DNA of 64,000 nucleotides from Lytechinus pictus (lineage: Eukaryota). Below are positions 40,001-55,000 of this stretch, piece by piece. A program made the translations under genes and the position numbers. The notes beneath the pieces are model-generated. The model made no database searches and was not told the origin of the DNA. It saw only the letters and a list, made by a program, of their open reading frames with translations. The stretch spans positions 20,152,001 to 20,216,000 of the forward strand of contig NC_087252.1 in the NCBI RefSeq assembly GCF_037042905.1. Reading direction: 5' to 3'. Position 1 is the stretch's first letter, and each line of letters begins with the position of its first letter.

Positions 40001-43000
40001 AAATTGAACCTGAATTTGATGCACCGAGACAAATATCAAATTGGCGTGTGGTGAATATCCATTCGGCACCCCCTAGGTTGAACATCAATTCGGCGCCCCT
40101 ATATGTCAAACAGCAACTCGACAACCGTATATAGAAAAAAATTATTCGGCGCCCCATCCCCAAGGTTAAACATCATTTCGGTGCCCTTCGGTGCCCCTAT
40201 GTCGAACATCTATACGGCGCCCCGAGGTAAAACATTAATTCGCCCCCCCCCCCCCCCTAGGATGAAGATCAATTTGGCACATCCTAGGTCGAACATCAAT
40301 TCGGCGCCCCTAAGCAAAACATAAATTCGGCACCCGCTATATACATACTCTAGGTTGAACATCAATTCGGCGCATCCACCCCCCCCCCCCCATGTCAAAC
40401 AGCAATTCGTCAACCCCTTTTATTTCCTTCCCTTTTCTCCCTATTTTGGCGCCCCCGAATACGCACATGGTAGAGCTACGGATATAGAGAAATAAGGACA
40501 AAGATGTAATGAAAATATAAAAACTCTTGAAATACTTTACGTTTTCTAGGCAAACAAGAATCCAAACTCCAAAGCGTATAATAACGTCCGGCTGAATAGA
40601 CCTCCATTTGCATCCTGTTTGATATGCTTTCCTGTAAGTTCCATTGTGGGCAAAATAAAGGGCAAAAGTAAGTCTGCTTTCTTTGAGAGGGTGTAAATGA
40701 TGATATATTCAAATACCAGCGAGTGCCATAGGTGACGGAATCATAGGCGACGGAACGTATTTTCAATTTTTTTTTTTTTTTTTTTTTTTTGGGGGGGGGG
40801 GGGACAAAGCGAAAAAAGGCACTTATATGCAAAAAATTGCATTTTTTATGCAAACTTATATTTTCACCATGAGATTATCATCTGTGTTAAGTAGTTGTGC
40901 GTTTTGTAGTAATTAAATTGAGCAAAACCTTTTTAAAGTCTTTTCTGATTGATAAAATATCTATTTAGGCTTTATTTTTCCGGGAGCGAGCGTAGCAAGC
41001 AAACAGTTTGAACATTTTCAAATCTGAAGTTGTGAAACTCGCCGCTTTTTGGTCAAATCGCGCAAATTATTGTTAAAAGAGCATTCTTGCGAGGTGTTAA
41101 GAGCGCAAATCGCGAGCTATAAATTCTAGACATTGCTTGTACTAACATGACTAATAAGACATGAAAATCAAACATTCCGAGCAATTTTGTTATGAAAAAG
41201 ATGTGCATCTAATTGAAGAATGGACGCGAGCGCGATATTCCAACCAGAAAACTGGACATTCTAAGCACTTTTTTAACCCAAGAACTTAATTGTGTGTCTT
41301 AATAAATAATAATTGATGCGAAGCGCGGCGAGCCGAAAATTTGTAATATTTCAACCTGAAAACTGGATATTCTAAGCAGTTTGAAACCAAGAACATAATG
41401 TGTACCTTTGATGCGAGCGGAAAGCGCGAGCTGAAGATTTTTGACATTTAAACCTGAAAATTGAACATTATAAGCACAAGTTGTAACCAAAACAAAGTGA
41501 GTGCCTTCCTAAAAAATAAATGATGTGGGCGCGAAGCGCGAGCCAAAAATGTTGTGATTTCCAACCTAAAATGTATCGTTTGACTTCAAAAAGGGTATTT
41601 TATTTTGAAAAGGGACATTCATGTACATCATTTTGAAATAAGTGCACTCTCCATTTAAAAAAGGCATTTTTTCCTACTGGGATTTTTTTATGTAGGGGGT
41701 TAAGTGCCCCTGCCGCCCCCCGGTTCCGCCGCCCCTGCTGCTAATATAGCCTCGGGTTATAATTTTTATCTAAGTTCAAACTGGTATTAACAAAAATATG
41801 TTGGTATGACTGCATTTTATAACGATGGTTTTCTTTAAAATATATATTTTTTACCATTTCGATCCATCACATTTTTGCATTTTTTTGTCCGTCGATATGC
41901 CCAGCGCTGAGAGGTCATGCCAAAACGTGATTTTGCATGAAGTACATTCTCTGAACCATCATCGGAACTTCGGAATCACACAGAGATGGAAGACCCCTTC
42001 TCCCAAATAGTTCCGCCTAGCTGTATGTCCTCGAATATATATATATATATTTAATAAGACATCAGAAATGCGAAACACAAATTCACGAGTAATGCAGTTT
42101 TTGCAATAAAATTTGCAATTTTATTATATATATATCACCATGATAAGTACGTAATTTTATTATCCGAGCACATGCAGCGGACCGAGGAGGAGTGGGTGGA
42201 GGGAGAGGCACCTAGGAGACGTCATACTTGTTCTTGTTCAGTATACTACCATAACAAGTTGAAAAGAAAAATGCAAAGAGAAACTTGGAGGGGGATCGAT
42301 GTTACATGGTTATAACATACAGACCTACGCACCGGTATCATAGGCGGATCCAGGAGGCCGACGTTACGCCCCCCCCCCCCCGATATTGGCGGCGCAAAGT
42401 AATATGAACGAAAGCAGAGGGGGGGGGGGATATAAGAGGAAGAATGAATAAAAAAAGGTGAGGGGAATTCAGACTTGGGGAGGGGTGGGAGCCAATCATG
42501 TCACTACACAAGTATAAAAACAATTTAGCCCGCGCTTTGTGTTCGCATTGCCTGTTCGATGGAACATATTTTCATCTATACCAATTCATTTATTGATTTA
42601 TTCATTCAGTCATGGTTAAACAGGTTCACAAGTTCAGAGTTATTAGTATATAAAATCATAGTAACAAGTACAATGACAAGGTATAATTCATATCGAAATA
42701 GTATGAGACATAAAGAAATATTAACTGATCAATGTAATACAAAACACGGAAACATTGTTGAAGGGCTTATAGTAAAACGAACAAGGGAACTAAATAGGCC
42801 TTTACTTATTCAAATTTTTGAGCACCTTATCCGTCAGTGTGCATCTTAATTGTTTAATGATCATATTGCTCAGATCAATTTTCAGGACACAATACACAGT
42901 CCGAAAATAATACCTCACGCTCGCATTTTTTATAGGGTTTAGTACTGTTACGACTATAGATTCCAACAAAAACTAGCTTTGAGCTGCCGATCGATCGGGA

Positions 43001-46000
43001 AAAATGTGGATGAAAATATTGTTCACCCCGGCCCCGTTATTAGTGAAAGCTGGATCCGCCCCAGAATATATTGTTTAAAAAAAAAGGCATAGGCCACGCG
43101 GTATTTGTCATTTTTTTGTGATAAATACATTGAGGCAGTATATTGACAAATAATCACTGGAAGAGAAAGAGCATCTTATAGGCCTATATAACGCACAAAG
43201 CAAAATAATGAAGAATGGCGGCAAAGCTAGTTCAATACAAAATGATTTCCTTTTCCTTTAAAAAAAATGTTACAACACGTTATAATAATGAACAAATCAA
43301 AATACAGAACCTGAAGAAATTGATAACGATTCAGTGAATCGGAATCGAAACAAAAATGCGTATGTAAATATAATTATAAAATAGAAATAAAAAACGGGGA
43401 AAAAAATAAGAATAGCCCTTTCACAAGCAACCATAATTCTCCCTCCCTTCATACCCTGGACAAGTAAAGAAAAAAAAATACAGCTAGAGAAACGAAGCAA
43501 AGATGAAAAGCAAGGAAAGGGAAAGAAGCCGTCTCTCGGTACCTGGTACTCTGCCCAGATATCAAGATGTACGTAGGACCTATTCTCCGCGATTTGAAAA
43601 ACAACGTGCATAACATCACAATTATTATGATGGTCATTTAAAAAAGTTCCTTGGTTGTTTCCAAGTTGTTTAATTTGCCGTCGAGGGACTGCGCGAATGC
43701 ACACGCTCCTACAGGATATGAATGAAAAAGTCGCAAACAGACTCCGCCGTTCAATCCGATACTGTACTGTATAGCCGGTATACAGATCGGCACGTGAGAC
43801 AAGCGCAGAGGCGATGGATATGAATATTCATGAGCAGGTATTGATGTCATTTGGTCTCAAGGTGGCGCTCTTCATTTTTTATATCAATTTCAAAATCTGC
43901 ATCAAAAGAAAGCTCACTTGGCAAAATTTCTCTTCTTTATATATTTTTTTGAGAATAAAAACAGTTCTTTTGGCCAATGCAATACATTTTATGGACTCAG
44001 AACTTGTTTATGAGTATTTTGAAAAGCGAAGAGTGAAATCTAAAAGAAAGTTTTGAAATAAACCAATGTCACAATTTACCTTTAAGTTGATAAATGCTGC
44101 ATTTTTTAATTGAAAATGGCCACCATAGGCCCTTATCGTTTAATATACAATTTGAGTGGAGATAAACAATGTTCACAAAATGGGCATATGGCAGCTATTT
44201 TGAATGTTGGAATACAGTTTTTATCACCTTAATTACATAAGATATGATATATTTTTTGTTATAAATCATGTTTTCAGACAATATTTCACTATTAAAATCA
44301 CCATTTGGCCGAGCAAAGCCAAATTCTGTTGAAATGATTTGTTCCCATTCACATTGTGCATAATACCGTAAGGGCATGTAGTGGCCATTTTGACTTTAAA
44401 ATAACAGTATTTATCACCTAACTGGCAGAATAAATATAAATTATGCTTTCAACCAATATTTTACTCATATATCACTATTACGTGCATTTATGGTGCTCAC
44501 TCCTGTGAATACTGGTTTCCCACTTTGCATTGTACATAATACTGTTAATGTCTATGGCGGCCATTTTGAAAGTCAAAATACATTATTTAACACAAACTTG
44601 AACCTGAACGATATATTTCTTTGGAAAATATGTTTTTAGACAGTATATCCCATTAATTTACCACATATATATGCATTTTAGTGCTCTCTCTTGTGATTTC
44701 TTTGCTCCTCTTTCTCATTGTGCATAATACTTTTAGGACCTTTGGCAGCCATTTTGAATATCATAATAAAACATTCATCACATTCATGGCATATTAATAA
44801 TATATTTCGTTAGCAATTATGTTTTAGTCAGTATTCCACTCGTTTAATCTTAATAATATGCATTTCAGTGATTACTCTTGTGAATTTTTTGGCCCCTAAT
44901 GCCATTGTACGCAACACTGTTTGGGCCAGTGGCGGCTGTTTTAGATATCAAAATACAGAAATGTCCCCATATATGACAAAATAAATGATATATCCCGTTA
45001 GTAATAATGATTTGCATATATTATTTTTTCAGAGAGTATTCTACTCCTGCCACACAATTTCATGCATTTCATAGCCAATGCGTGGACAATTTTAGGATTT
45101 TCATGGGTAATTTGCATATTTTGGCGGCCATATTGGATTTTGCCAATTTGCGGAAAATGCTCAAGGTTACACGAGTGGCATCATTCAGATTCGGAATCAG
45201 CACCCTCGAATTGAAAAGAAATTATCAGAAAATAGTGTATATATATAGAAAAAACAAGGTTATGCCTCTTGTATCCTGGACTAAAGGCAGAACCATCGTA
45301 CATTAAACAATGGCTCTGCCCCTCCTCTGCCCCTCCAAATCCTTGATCATAATTTTCTGGTGTTACAATTGCTGCGCTTTCATTTCAGATGTCCTTGATC
45401 GTACGTCCAAGGAAATCTCTCTTGATGATCTGGAACACATTTGCTGGCACGTCCGCGGTTGCAGGGAGAGAGTCAAGCCCATACTGCGAGCATTGTACCC
45501 TCGCCATGAAGGAATCCCAAACTGCGAAGAGGATTCCTGCGATCCTGGTAATCCAAGAAGCGCCGAAATCAAGAAGGACCTGCAGTTAATGAAGGCATGG
45601 AAGGAATATTCAATGACAACGAAACATGGATACCAGGAACCTAAGGAGGATCACAAAGAAGGTGAAAGTGTACAGATGAGGTAAGAACTGTTATTGCATG
45701 GTTAAAGTTTGTACGTGTGTCATGTATTATCTCTCCCACGATAGTTTTCAAAGAAAAATTTCCATAAAAATATACACTTGTATACATATAAATTGCGAAA
45801 TCATGCAACCATTATGACTTTTGATTAGAGGTGTCTATACTATTCATTTACTAATTTTGATTATTTTTACAAGACAACCAACTTCCAGATGGATTTGTTG
45901 CTGCCATAAACAACCTAAATATCGGCATGGTGATGAAAAGAATGAGCAACAGCCAATGTTTTCTGCACAGTCCGAAGAGGTAGAACTGGGAGTAGAAAGA

Positions 46001-49000
46001 TCGTCACCAAACCAAATGATTCAACTTTGCCTAGCGTTAGAAAGAGCAGGAAAGGGCGCACATGGACCTGATAAGGAAGTCTATATTCAACTGGCAAAAA
46101 CTTTCTTTCTAAGTATGTTTAATTGTACACCAGCGTTGTTGTAAGGGAGGGGGGTGTTGTTTTGTTAAATGGTAATCGGCACTGACGCTATAAAATGGAT
46201 TTATTGTTGGAATCTTAAAAGAATAGCAAACCAAAATTACATTGCAGTGATTTTGGATGCATTTGAATTACTTGGAAACTATAGTTTTCAAACATTTAAC
46301 CATTTAGAAATCCCTAGAAGGGTAGTATTTGTCTTTATCAACGAAGTGAAAAGATAGAAATGTATCGGGGCAAATGATCAACTTAATTATTATGTACTTT
46401 TATATAATGGCCAGTTCTTATAATATTAAACTATAACAGATTCATGTGCGTTTTTTCTATTCAAATGCACAGTTAAAGATGAGTACAAGAGGGAATTGAA
46501 CAATGAGGTCATCAGGGAGTTGGCTCTGAGTATCACCAAACAACACTACCAGAATCTTGCAAAAGCCACCAGAATTTCAGCGGACTCCATTGCCGAAAAG
46601 AATGCTGAAGACCTCAAAGCGGTGTTCAAAACAGACGTTATGCTAGAAGGATGGTTACAGGAGCGAACAGGCAGTAATTACGAAGTCAGGTGTAGACTGA
46701 GGCAAGCAGCAGAACGATGCAGTCGTCAAGACATTGCAGGTACAATCACCAGCGAATGTTCTATTTATATAGCTAAAATCACGATTTGGTCTCAATAAGT
46801 AAAAATGAGAATATAAGCTAATCTGAAACCGTTACTATTTTTCATGTCAAAATTGGAGGATGGAAATTTATATAAGGGCCAATAAAAGACTTTCTCAGAC
46901 ACTTTTTTTCCTGACTGCTTGGTCGTTTTACTGAGATTGTACAGTGCTCACATCTCATGAGCCCCGAACTTCATACTTTTCGCCTTATTAATTGAAGCTC
47001 CCTTGCCAGCTTATAATTCTAGTTAACGTATATTTATCATGTTTGAAACTCCGTTATCTTTCGGAACATCCCCCTTGAATGATCTGGATGTCTGGATGGA
47101 ACTTTCCCTATAAAAGCTAATGATCTTGGTGAATGAATGAGTGACATTCAGATATTTTATGTCCAGAATGCAATCAAGTACAAATAGAAATTCGATTTCT
47201 TCGCACAAAACATATGAGAATGTCTTATGATACACACAAAAATTACATGGTGCATATAAAATACATGTAATATAAAAAAAGGGCTGGTGGGGATTGTACC
47301 ATTTCAGGTATGGCTCTCAAATGTACGATTGAAACAAGAAAAAAAATCATCTACGAAGAGTGAGGTTCTGCCGGGAGGTGATCTCAAATGTTTGCCTGAC
47401 ATCAAATCATAATACTTGTGGAAAGCATGCTTCTCATTGTTCAGGATTCCTTTTGCTTTTTCTAGCACTCTACCATCATTCTCGTCAAGAAAACACCCTT
47501 TTTTGTTATTTCAAAGGCTTCTGTTTCAATTGTTTGTAGTTTTTTTTAAATATTTTTTTTCCTACTTGCATGTGTCCAAACAATTGAATTAAAAAGAAGT
47601 ACACTTTCCACCATTGCCATCATTGCCTTATAAATGATTTCTTATTTCTTCCTCAAGAAGACTCAGGACACCCCGAACAAAAATAAAACACTGGTCATTA
47701 ATAAACATTGAAATAATTGTTAGGAGTTTCAAAGACAATGAATGACAAAGCTTCCCTTCAAATGGATATGTAATTGTAATTATTATTTATTTTATGTAAT
47801 AAAGTTATTGTTTCCACAGATATTTTCATAACCAAAGAACAAAGTGAATCCATGGCACCTTTTACATCACATCAAGCCTCTGTGACAATTACAAATGAGC
47901 AACGTCAGGATGATAGTGAAACAAAACATGGTAAGTAGTACATACACTTATTTTCAAACTCCCCTTTGGGGAGTGAACTGACAGACACTTTGGTCTCTCG
48001 TTGACTGTGTGTTATACATAACTATTCTTAAAATATACATTTTAAGATTAACATAAATAATACACAGATTGAATTAGCATAATGATTTTGTTTGTACTGA
48101 GATACCAAAATGTGTTTGAAAGAAATTACTTGCTTTGATACTTGGTAACATAATTAGTGTGTTATGAATGACTTGAGTGGTGAATTAGTACATGTACATT
48201 ATCATTTAGGTAGGCATGTATTACAAGACTACACAGCTCATAACAATGCTGCATTTTTGCTGGCCAGATGAGAGTAGTTAAGGACTTCAGTGGCGCTATA
48301 GGTTAAGGGTGCCGGTTTGTTGCTGCTTTAAAATTTCGCACATATCATCCCACCCTCGATCTTGTTTGTCCCTCAATCTTTTTGTACTACATATAATAAA
48401 TCAAAGACTTGGCTCCAGGCTACAGCCTTGGACTCTTTATTTTCTCAAGGTTCTACATCAGTTACCCCGCCACCAAAAGAGACATAATTTTCAAATTATG
48501 TTCATATCTATACTGAGGGGGGGGGGAGGGGTTAAGGACACCAATTGCAGTGGGTAGGCCAATTCTAGAACACAATGGATTATTGAAAATGCCTGTCAAA
48601 CGACGGTGGACAACTGGGAGGTCTTTGTCGAAAATTGGGGAACCGGAACAGCAGTTCGTCATAGGTTTTGGAGCTGACGAAAAATTGAAAAATTATATCC
48701 TTTGTCTGATTCACCTCCAAACGGACCATTTGGTTGCTCATTTTAATGAAGGACATTTTATAATACATTCCTATGTTCTTAAAGCGTTCTGCGTATTCTT
48801 GTGAAAACTCGCTTTTGACATTTTGAAAGCCACTTTATTTAATGAATGTGTTTAATTTACTCTTATAATCATCTTTTACTATATCAAAGATAAATCCGGG
48901 AATGACACTCCTCTGGCTCAGCAGTCTGCAGACTATAAATACCTAGCAAGAGGGACGAAAGGAATGCATTCTGATATTTCACGAAAAGAACCAAGTGTGC

Positions 49001-52000
49001 CTGAAAGAACACCAGCTGAGAAATATAGTAAGTGAAATAAAATAAAAAAATCATTTACAACCAAATTCAATGGCGTAACTACGCATGCAGACCTAATGTG
49101 CTGAAAAACGGGGACAGGGAAAGAAGGTGGGGGTGTAGAGGGGGAGTGGGGCTGCGGGAAGAAAGTGATGTAGGATCGAGAAATCCCGCCGGCAGCCATT
49201 GTCAAGAGATGGTTGAGAGCGATATTACAATAGCAAGGATAAAACAATGAGCAGTGAAACGTATCCGGATTTTTCGTCTATGTAATGTTATTTTTTGTAC
49301 AGTTACAGGAATTTCCAGAGAGGAACTGTATCGCATCCTTTGTTATGGGGGACGAGCAGCTCTTTTGAAATATTGGCGTGAGATGTGCGGAGTTGGGAAA
49401 TATAGGAATCTGAGTGCGACACTTTCCGACCACGAAATCATCTGTATGCTGAAACCATTCATTGACAGTCAACATTACGATATCGTTAAACAACAAAGAG
49501 TTAGTAACCCTATAACGTTTATGAAACAACTTCTACAGGAGGAACAAAGCCCTAGGGAGATTCTAAGACAGTATCTACAAGATGAATCTCCGCAGTATGG
49601 TAAGGGTATATAAACCCATTCGGAAACACCACAAGACATAGACCAATCTAACTTTGTATCAGTACGATAATGATTTGATTGGACTTTACAAATTGCAGAT
49701 TTACTTTACCGGTACCATTTTAGAGTAATGCTAAATTTATAACAAGGCTTGTGTACGGTCCGACACACTCATACTTTACATTTTTTTGACTGAATGATTT
49801 TATTTCCATAATCAATTAAACGTTAACAGCTAATGATAGTGCCCAAAGGACAGTATGACATATAAGTCATTTGTCACACTGTCCTTTGGGCACTATCATT
49901 GGCTGTTTGTAACAATTCCCGAGAAGCTTTTTATGACCTGTGACTGTAAGGGATAGAAAGTATTGTTATGTTAAAGTAAATTTTCCATTTCATTAACAAG
50001 AAAGTATTGTGCTAAAGAAACTCAATATAGAGCAGCAATTTATTTTTGACATAGGCCTAAAATGTCCCATCATGCCCACTGAGGTCTGATATTTATGAAC
50101 CAAGCATAAAATGAAATGGCTTTTTTTTACCGCGAAAATTCCTAACTTTGACACGTATAATGTTCCCATTTCTATTGACTTACCACTGTGTGAAAATAAT
50201 TGGTACGTCAAGTCGTGTATCAGTGAGCACATTTTATTTATTTTATTTCTGTTTTTTTGGTAACAAACAATACGATCAACTTCAAAAAGAAAACTGAATT
50301 AGTAATAAATCGATTTTCCTCTTATCAAGTTGCCTATTCTATTGCTGTAGCTCACTCTACTATAAAGGCTCTTGAGGCATTATTAATTCAATTAGGTACA
50401 CTTGAAGCTCACTTGGATTAAAAACAGCACAATGTTGATCTCTTTCTTGTTTATATCTATATTTCGGAGTGATTTACGTCACAAAGAGCAGTTCATGTAT
50501 CACTTTTTTTTTATTTATTTATTGCATAATTGAAGATCATTTTGAGACCCGGGGGGGGGGGCACTTTTATTGACGAGTGGATAATGGGCGAGACTCTGGA
50601 GATTCAAAAGCACCCTAAACAAGTATTCTCCATATCTGAAAATGCATTCCTTTACAAATATTGGCGTGTGAAACTTTACCCTTAACAAGTATTGGACAAA
50701 TATTCCCTGAATTGCCCCCTAAAAAAGTACAGTGATATTGTAATTGTTATCCACGGACGTCGGCTTTATCTTACTTTCATTGGGTTTAGTACTGCCCCAC
50801 CTCCCACACCTCGCTCCAATAGGACCCTCATGAGGTAGTTATGCGGCAACAAGTATATCCTTTATAAAATATTTTAGTCTTGTTATTCCCGCAATTTGCC
50901 CGAAAACACGTAGCTTTTCTATCGAAATATATATCCTTGTCAGTATTTTAGTGTTTTTAACACCCTCACTACCAATCTTTAAAAAAAAGGCAATCTTTTT
51001 TACGCGTTGCATTTTTCGCGCCTGGTATCCACTCGTCAATGGAAGTGCCCCGCTCCCCCGGGTCGGAGACTTCTGATTGTAATTTTACTATCATTACTTA
51101 CTTTTCTAGCGTGTCTTGTAGTAAAAGGGAGAGAAGACGAAATATTCAACGTAGAACTCGTTGAATTAGCTTCTCGTCTTGTCCTATCAGACGTTTATCC
51201 CTTTGCCAAAGCACTCAACATCAGTGACGAAAAGTTAACTCGCTACAAACATAAACTTGGACCTAAAATTATACAAGAAGGTACAGGAAAGTTGCTACTC
51301 GAGATGAAATCTACTGGCAAAACTGGCTTTGAAGAGAGACTGGAAATGGCGAATGATTTGAAGGTAGCTGGATATCTGGAAGAGGCTAAGTCGATAGTGT
51401 TTGGTGAGTTAAGAATTTCTATTAAAGATAAAAGAAAGTAGTGGCAGCAAACAATTATTTCATGAGAAATTCTTTAAAATCAAGGTTGAATGCCACCTTA
51501 TTATCATACTGAGATCTAGTTCCGGTGCGTTGAAATAAGCTTATTCTTTCTGAAATCATGAAATGTTAGCAAAAATCAGATAATTCTGATGATTAACACA
51601 AAAGGGCATATGTGGGACAGTGTTTTAATATTTTTTGGAAAAAATACGAAATTTATGGAATTCCGTGCGTATTTTGCTCATTTCTCAGCAATTACACTTT
51701 TTTGCCGAGTCATTTGGCACTAATTTTGTTTTTATACATACAAACACTTAGATGGTCATTTTATTGAATTCTGTTCGAACTCATTTTGAGATCGTTACCA
51801 CAACTGCTATCTTTAAGAACCCCTCTCACTCTATTCTTTATCTCTCACCCGCACACACACACACACCCACACACTTCCAAACACACATTCTCACCTACCC
51901 ACCCACACATTCAAAACCAGACTCTTAAGCCCTGCGCACACTATGCGACCCGATACGACTCGATTTTTAAATAAATCGCATTCTGTATTGAATGTAAAAG

Positions 52001-55000
52001 TTCCAAGAAGTAAAATTATTTTATTTAAAGTTCTTCAATGATGCCAGGAATATTTTACATCATGTTTTTGCTTTTTTGGAAGCCCTGTGGTAAGAGTGAA
52101 GTTCAAATCGGTTTCAAGTCGCAGCCGATGATGACATCATTACGATTTTGAATCGAATTTATTCGTACAGGGGGGGGGGTCGAACTCGGATGAATTTCGA
52201 TTTCAGTAGTCCTACCATTACGGATTTTTATCCCTTTATTGGTTGAAATGTGCATATAAAATGTTATTGCAATTTCGCAACAAATCGTATAGTGTGCGCC
52301 GGGCTTGACACACCCCTTCATACCCACGCCCCTACAAAACACACATCCATGATGTTTATAATGCTCACTCTTGCTTTCTCAGGGGCAGCGGAAGTGGGGA
52401 GGGGGTGACCATGCATAAATCACAATAAGATGGTCATTTTTGTCTCACCTGCATAGCAGAGTGAGACTATAGGTGCCGCTTTCCTGACAGCGGCGTCAAC
52501 ATCAAATCTTAACCGAAGATTAAGTTTTTGAAATGACAGCACAACTTATAAAGTATATAGACCTAGTTCATGAAACTTGGACATAGGGTCAATCAAGTAT
52601 TACTAAACATCCTATCTGAGTTTCAGGTTACATGATTAATTTCAAAAGTCATTTCAGATCAATGAACTTAGACCGTGGTGGGGGGATCCACATCAAAATG
52701 TTAACCTAAAGTTAAGTTTTTAAAATTTCGTCATAACTCAAAAGGTATATAGACCTAGTTCATGAAACTTACTCATATGGAAAACAAGTAATACTAAAGG
52801 TCCTGCCTGAGTTTCAAGTCACATGACGAAGGTCAAAGGTCATTTAGGGTCAATGAACTTTGACCAAGTTGGGGGTATTTGTTAAATTACCATCATAACT
52901 TTGATAGCTTATGGATCTGATTCATATAACTTGGACAAAAGATTGATCAAATATCACTGAATATCCTGTGCGAGTTTAAAGTCACATGAAGAAGGTCAAA
53001 GGTCATTTAAAATCAATGAAAACTTTGGCCATGTTGGGGGAATTTGTTGATTTACCATCATAACTGAAAGTGTTTTGTTCTAGTTCATAAAACTTGGACA
53101 TAGAGTAATCAGGTATCACTGAACATCCTGTGCAAGTTTTAGGTCACATAACCAAGGTCAAAGGTCATTTAAGGTCAATGAACTTTGGCTATGTTATAGG
53201 TAATTTTTTAATTGCTGACATAACTTTCGAAGTTCATGGATATAGTTAATAAAATGTGGACATTGAATTGTCGCTTTTCTCGATAGATCGCAAAAAGCCT
53301 CTCTCTTTTAAATCTAAACCTTTAATGATTTTCCCCAATAAAGTAATCTGCAATTTCTGCACCTGATATTGAATATGGTGTTTGCATCTACCAGGATTTG
53401 AAATCCGCCTGGCGGATGAAGCAGAAATAGAAGAGAAGCGAATCGATCCAGCGAAATTGGCAAAGGAGCTCGGTGTTTCTGATGATACCAAGCCAGTTGG
53501 TCCAGATGACAGAGAGGAGAGCTGTCAATCTGTACTTCAAAGATGGAGAAACATTGTCCGTCCTTCATCATTCAACCATCGTATGGTTATGGCTGATGCT
53601 CTACACAATCTGGGCGAGAAGGAGCTTGCACTCGGTATTATCTCAGGTAACAGAAAATCAAAATCATGATTATGGGTTTTTACTCATTGTTTGCTTATTC
53701 TTAATGGAGATGTTAACGGTTGAATTCCCTTCAGTGTATCGGAAAAATAGTCCCCTTTAAATGATTTCAAAGTGAGTTCGTACAGAAATCAATCAAATAA
53801 CCACACAGATGTGTGCATTTATGAATAAGAAAACTATAGAAAAAGGAATGTTGTAGAATTGTTGTCATTGTTGAGAAATTTGGAAAATAAGCATAAGATC
53901 GTGAAGATTCGAGCAATGTGCTTATCTGCCTTTGGAGATTTACAGTGCATTTTCTCCAGCTTTGCTTTCATGATTTGACCAAGTTCAGTTTAATATACTT
54001 AAACAGATCAAGATGATATCGTGGATGATATTGGGACAATTCATTTTAGTTTTACAGACCTTCTTGTGAAATCAGTGTTTACTGGAAAAGCGGTCTTTCA
54101 TCTCTAAACTTGTGATTAATTCAGGAAATAAACGAACAATTCTCTTTCACATAAACCATACTTCTCACTATGTATTTCTTTCAGTCTTTTACTCTAAATA
54201 TTTCTTTATTTCTAACGTTATCCTCTTTACTCCAAGGCATTTTTAGTGGGTATGTATTTTCATATTTGACATATTTTTTCATACTCTTGCTACTTTACTT
54301 TGTTGATTATTTCTTGTTTGTTACTTATAGCAAGGAGATATCACCTCTTAGATGTGATTTCTCATTTCAATAGCGAGCCCTACCTACAAGTTCTTATCTT
54401 TTCACTCCCTTACCATTTCCTTCAGATATGATATTCGGTTGAATTGTAACTTCGAATATCGTTCTTTTTTACTGTTTTTAATACCAGTTAAAACAACAAA
54501 ATGAATAAAAAATGATTAAATATAGGACTTGTATTGTAAATGTTGACATTAGCCATTTATTCCATTGTCTTTGTAAACGAAATCAATGTATTCAGTTAAT
54601 GAATTAAATGGTCCGTTAATGCATTAATTACTCAAATTATTAAAAAAAATGAATCAATATCTTACTCAACCAACAAGACATTCATGTAATCACAATTCTC
54701 ATTTTCCTTTGTCAGGAAAGTTTCGGAACAACGTCATAAACAGTAGAGTATCAAAAATGCTAGCAAAAACCATTCCAGAGGGAGAAGTGGATAAACTGAC
54801 TAGAGTCCTTGGCAAGGAGTTGAAACAAGCTATAAACCCTTATGTTATAAGCGTCTGGGTGACTATAAAGAAGTATTTCAGGTTTCCTCAAAAAAGTCCA
54901 ATAACATTGAGTAACGAACTTCTCAAAGCAGGATTCTATAAATTTGCTCATGAGATAATGGCAGGTAAGTTGAAAATCATATTATGGAATCTTAATTGAA

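Larger units (their letters stand above)
30589..45283. mobile_element. ~14.7-kb intronic segment bounded by ~1-kb diverged inverted arms (30589-~31560 and ~44100-45283) starting TAGTCCA
   Basis: 30660-30850 is the reverse complement of 45025-45215, and 31005-31270 of 44750-45022; aaaatggcNgcc subrepeats; interior filled with nested repeats. Confidence 0.7.

Noticed and set aside
49303..49599. Counting exon c13 as a seventh death domain
   Set aside because: Similar size and phase but lacks the recognisable helix-2 and helix-5/6 patterns; left unassigned
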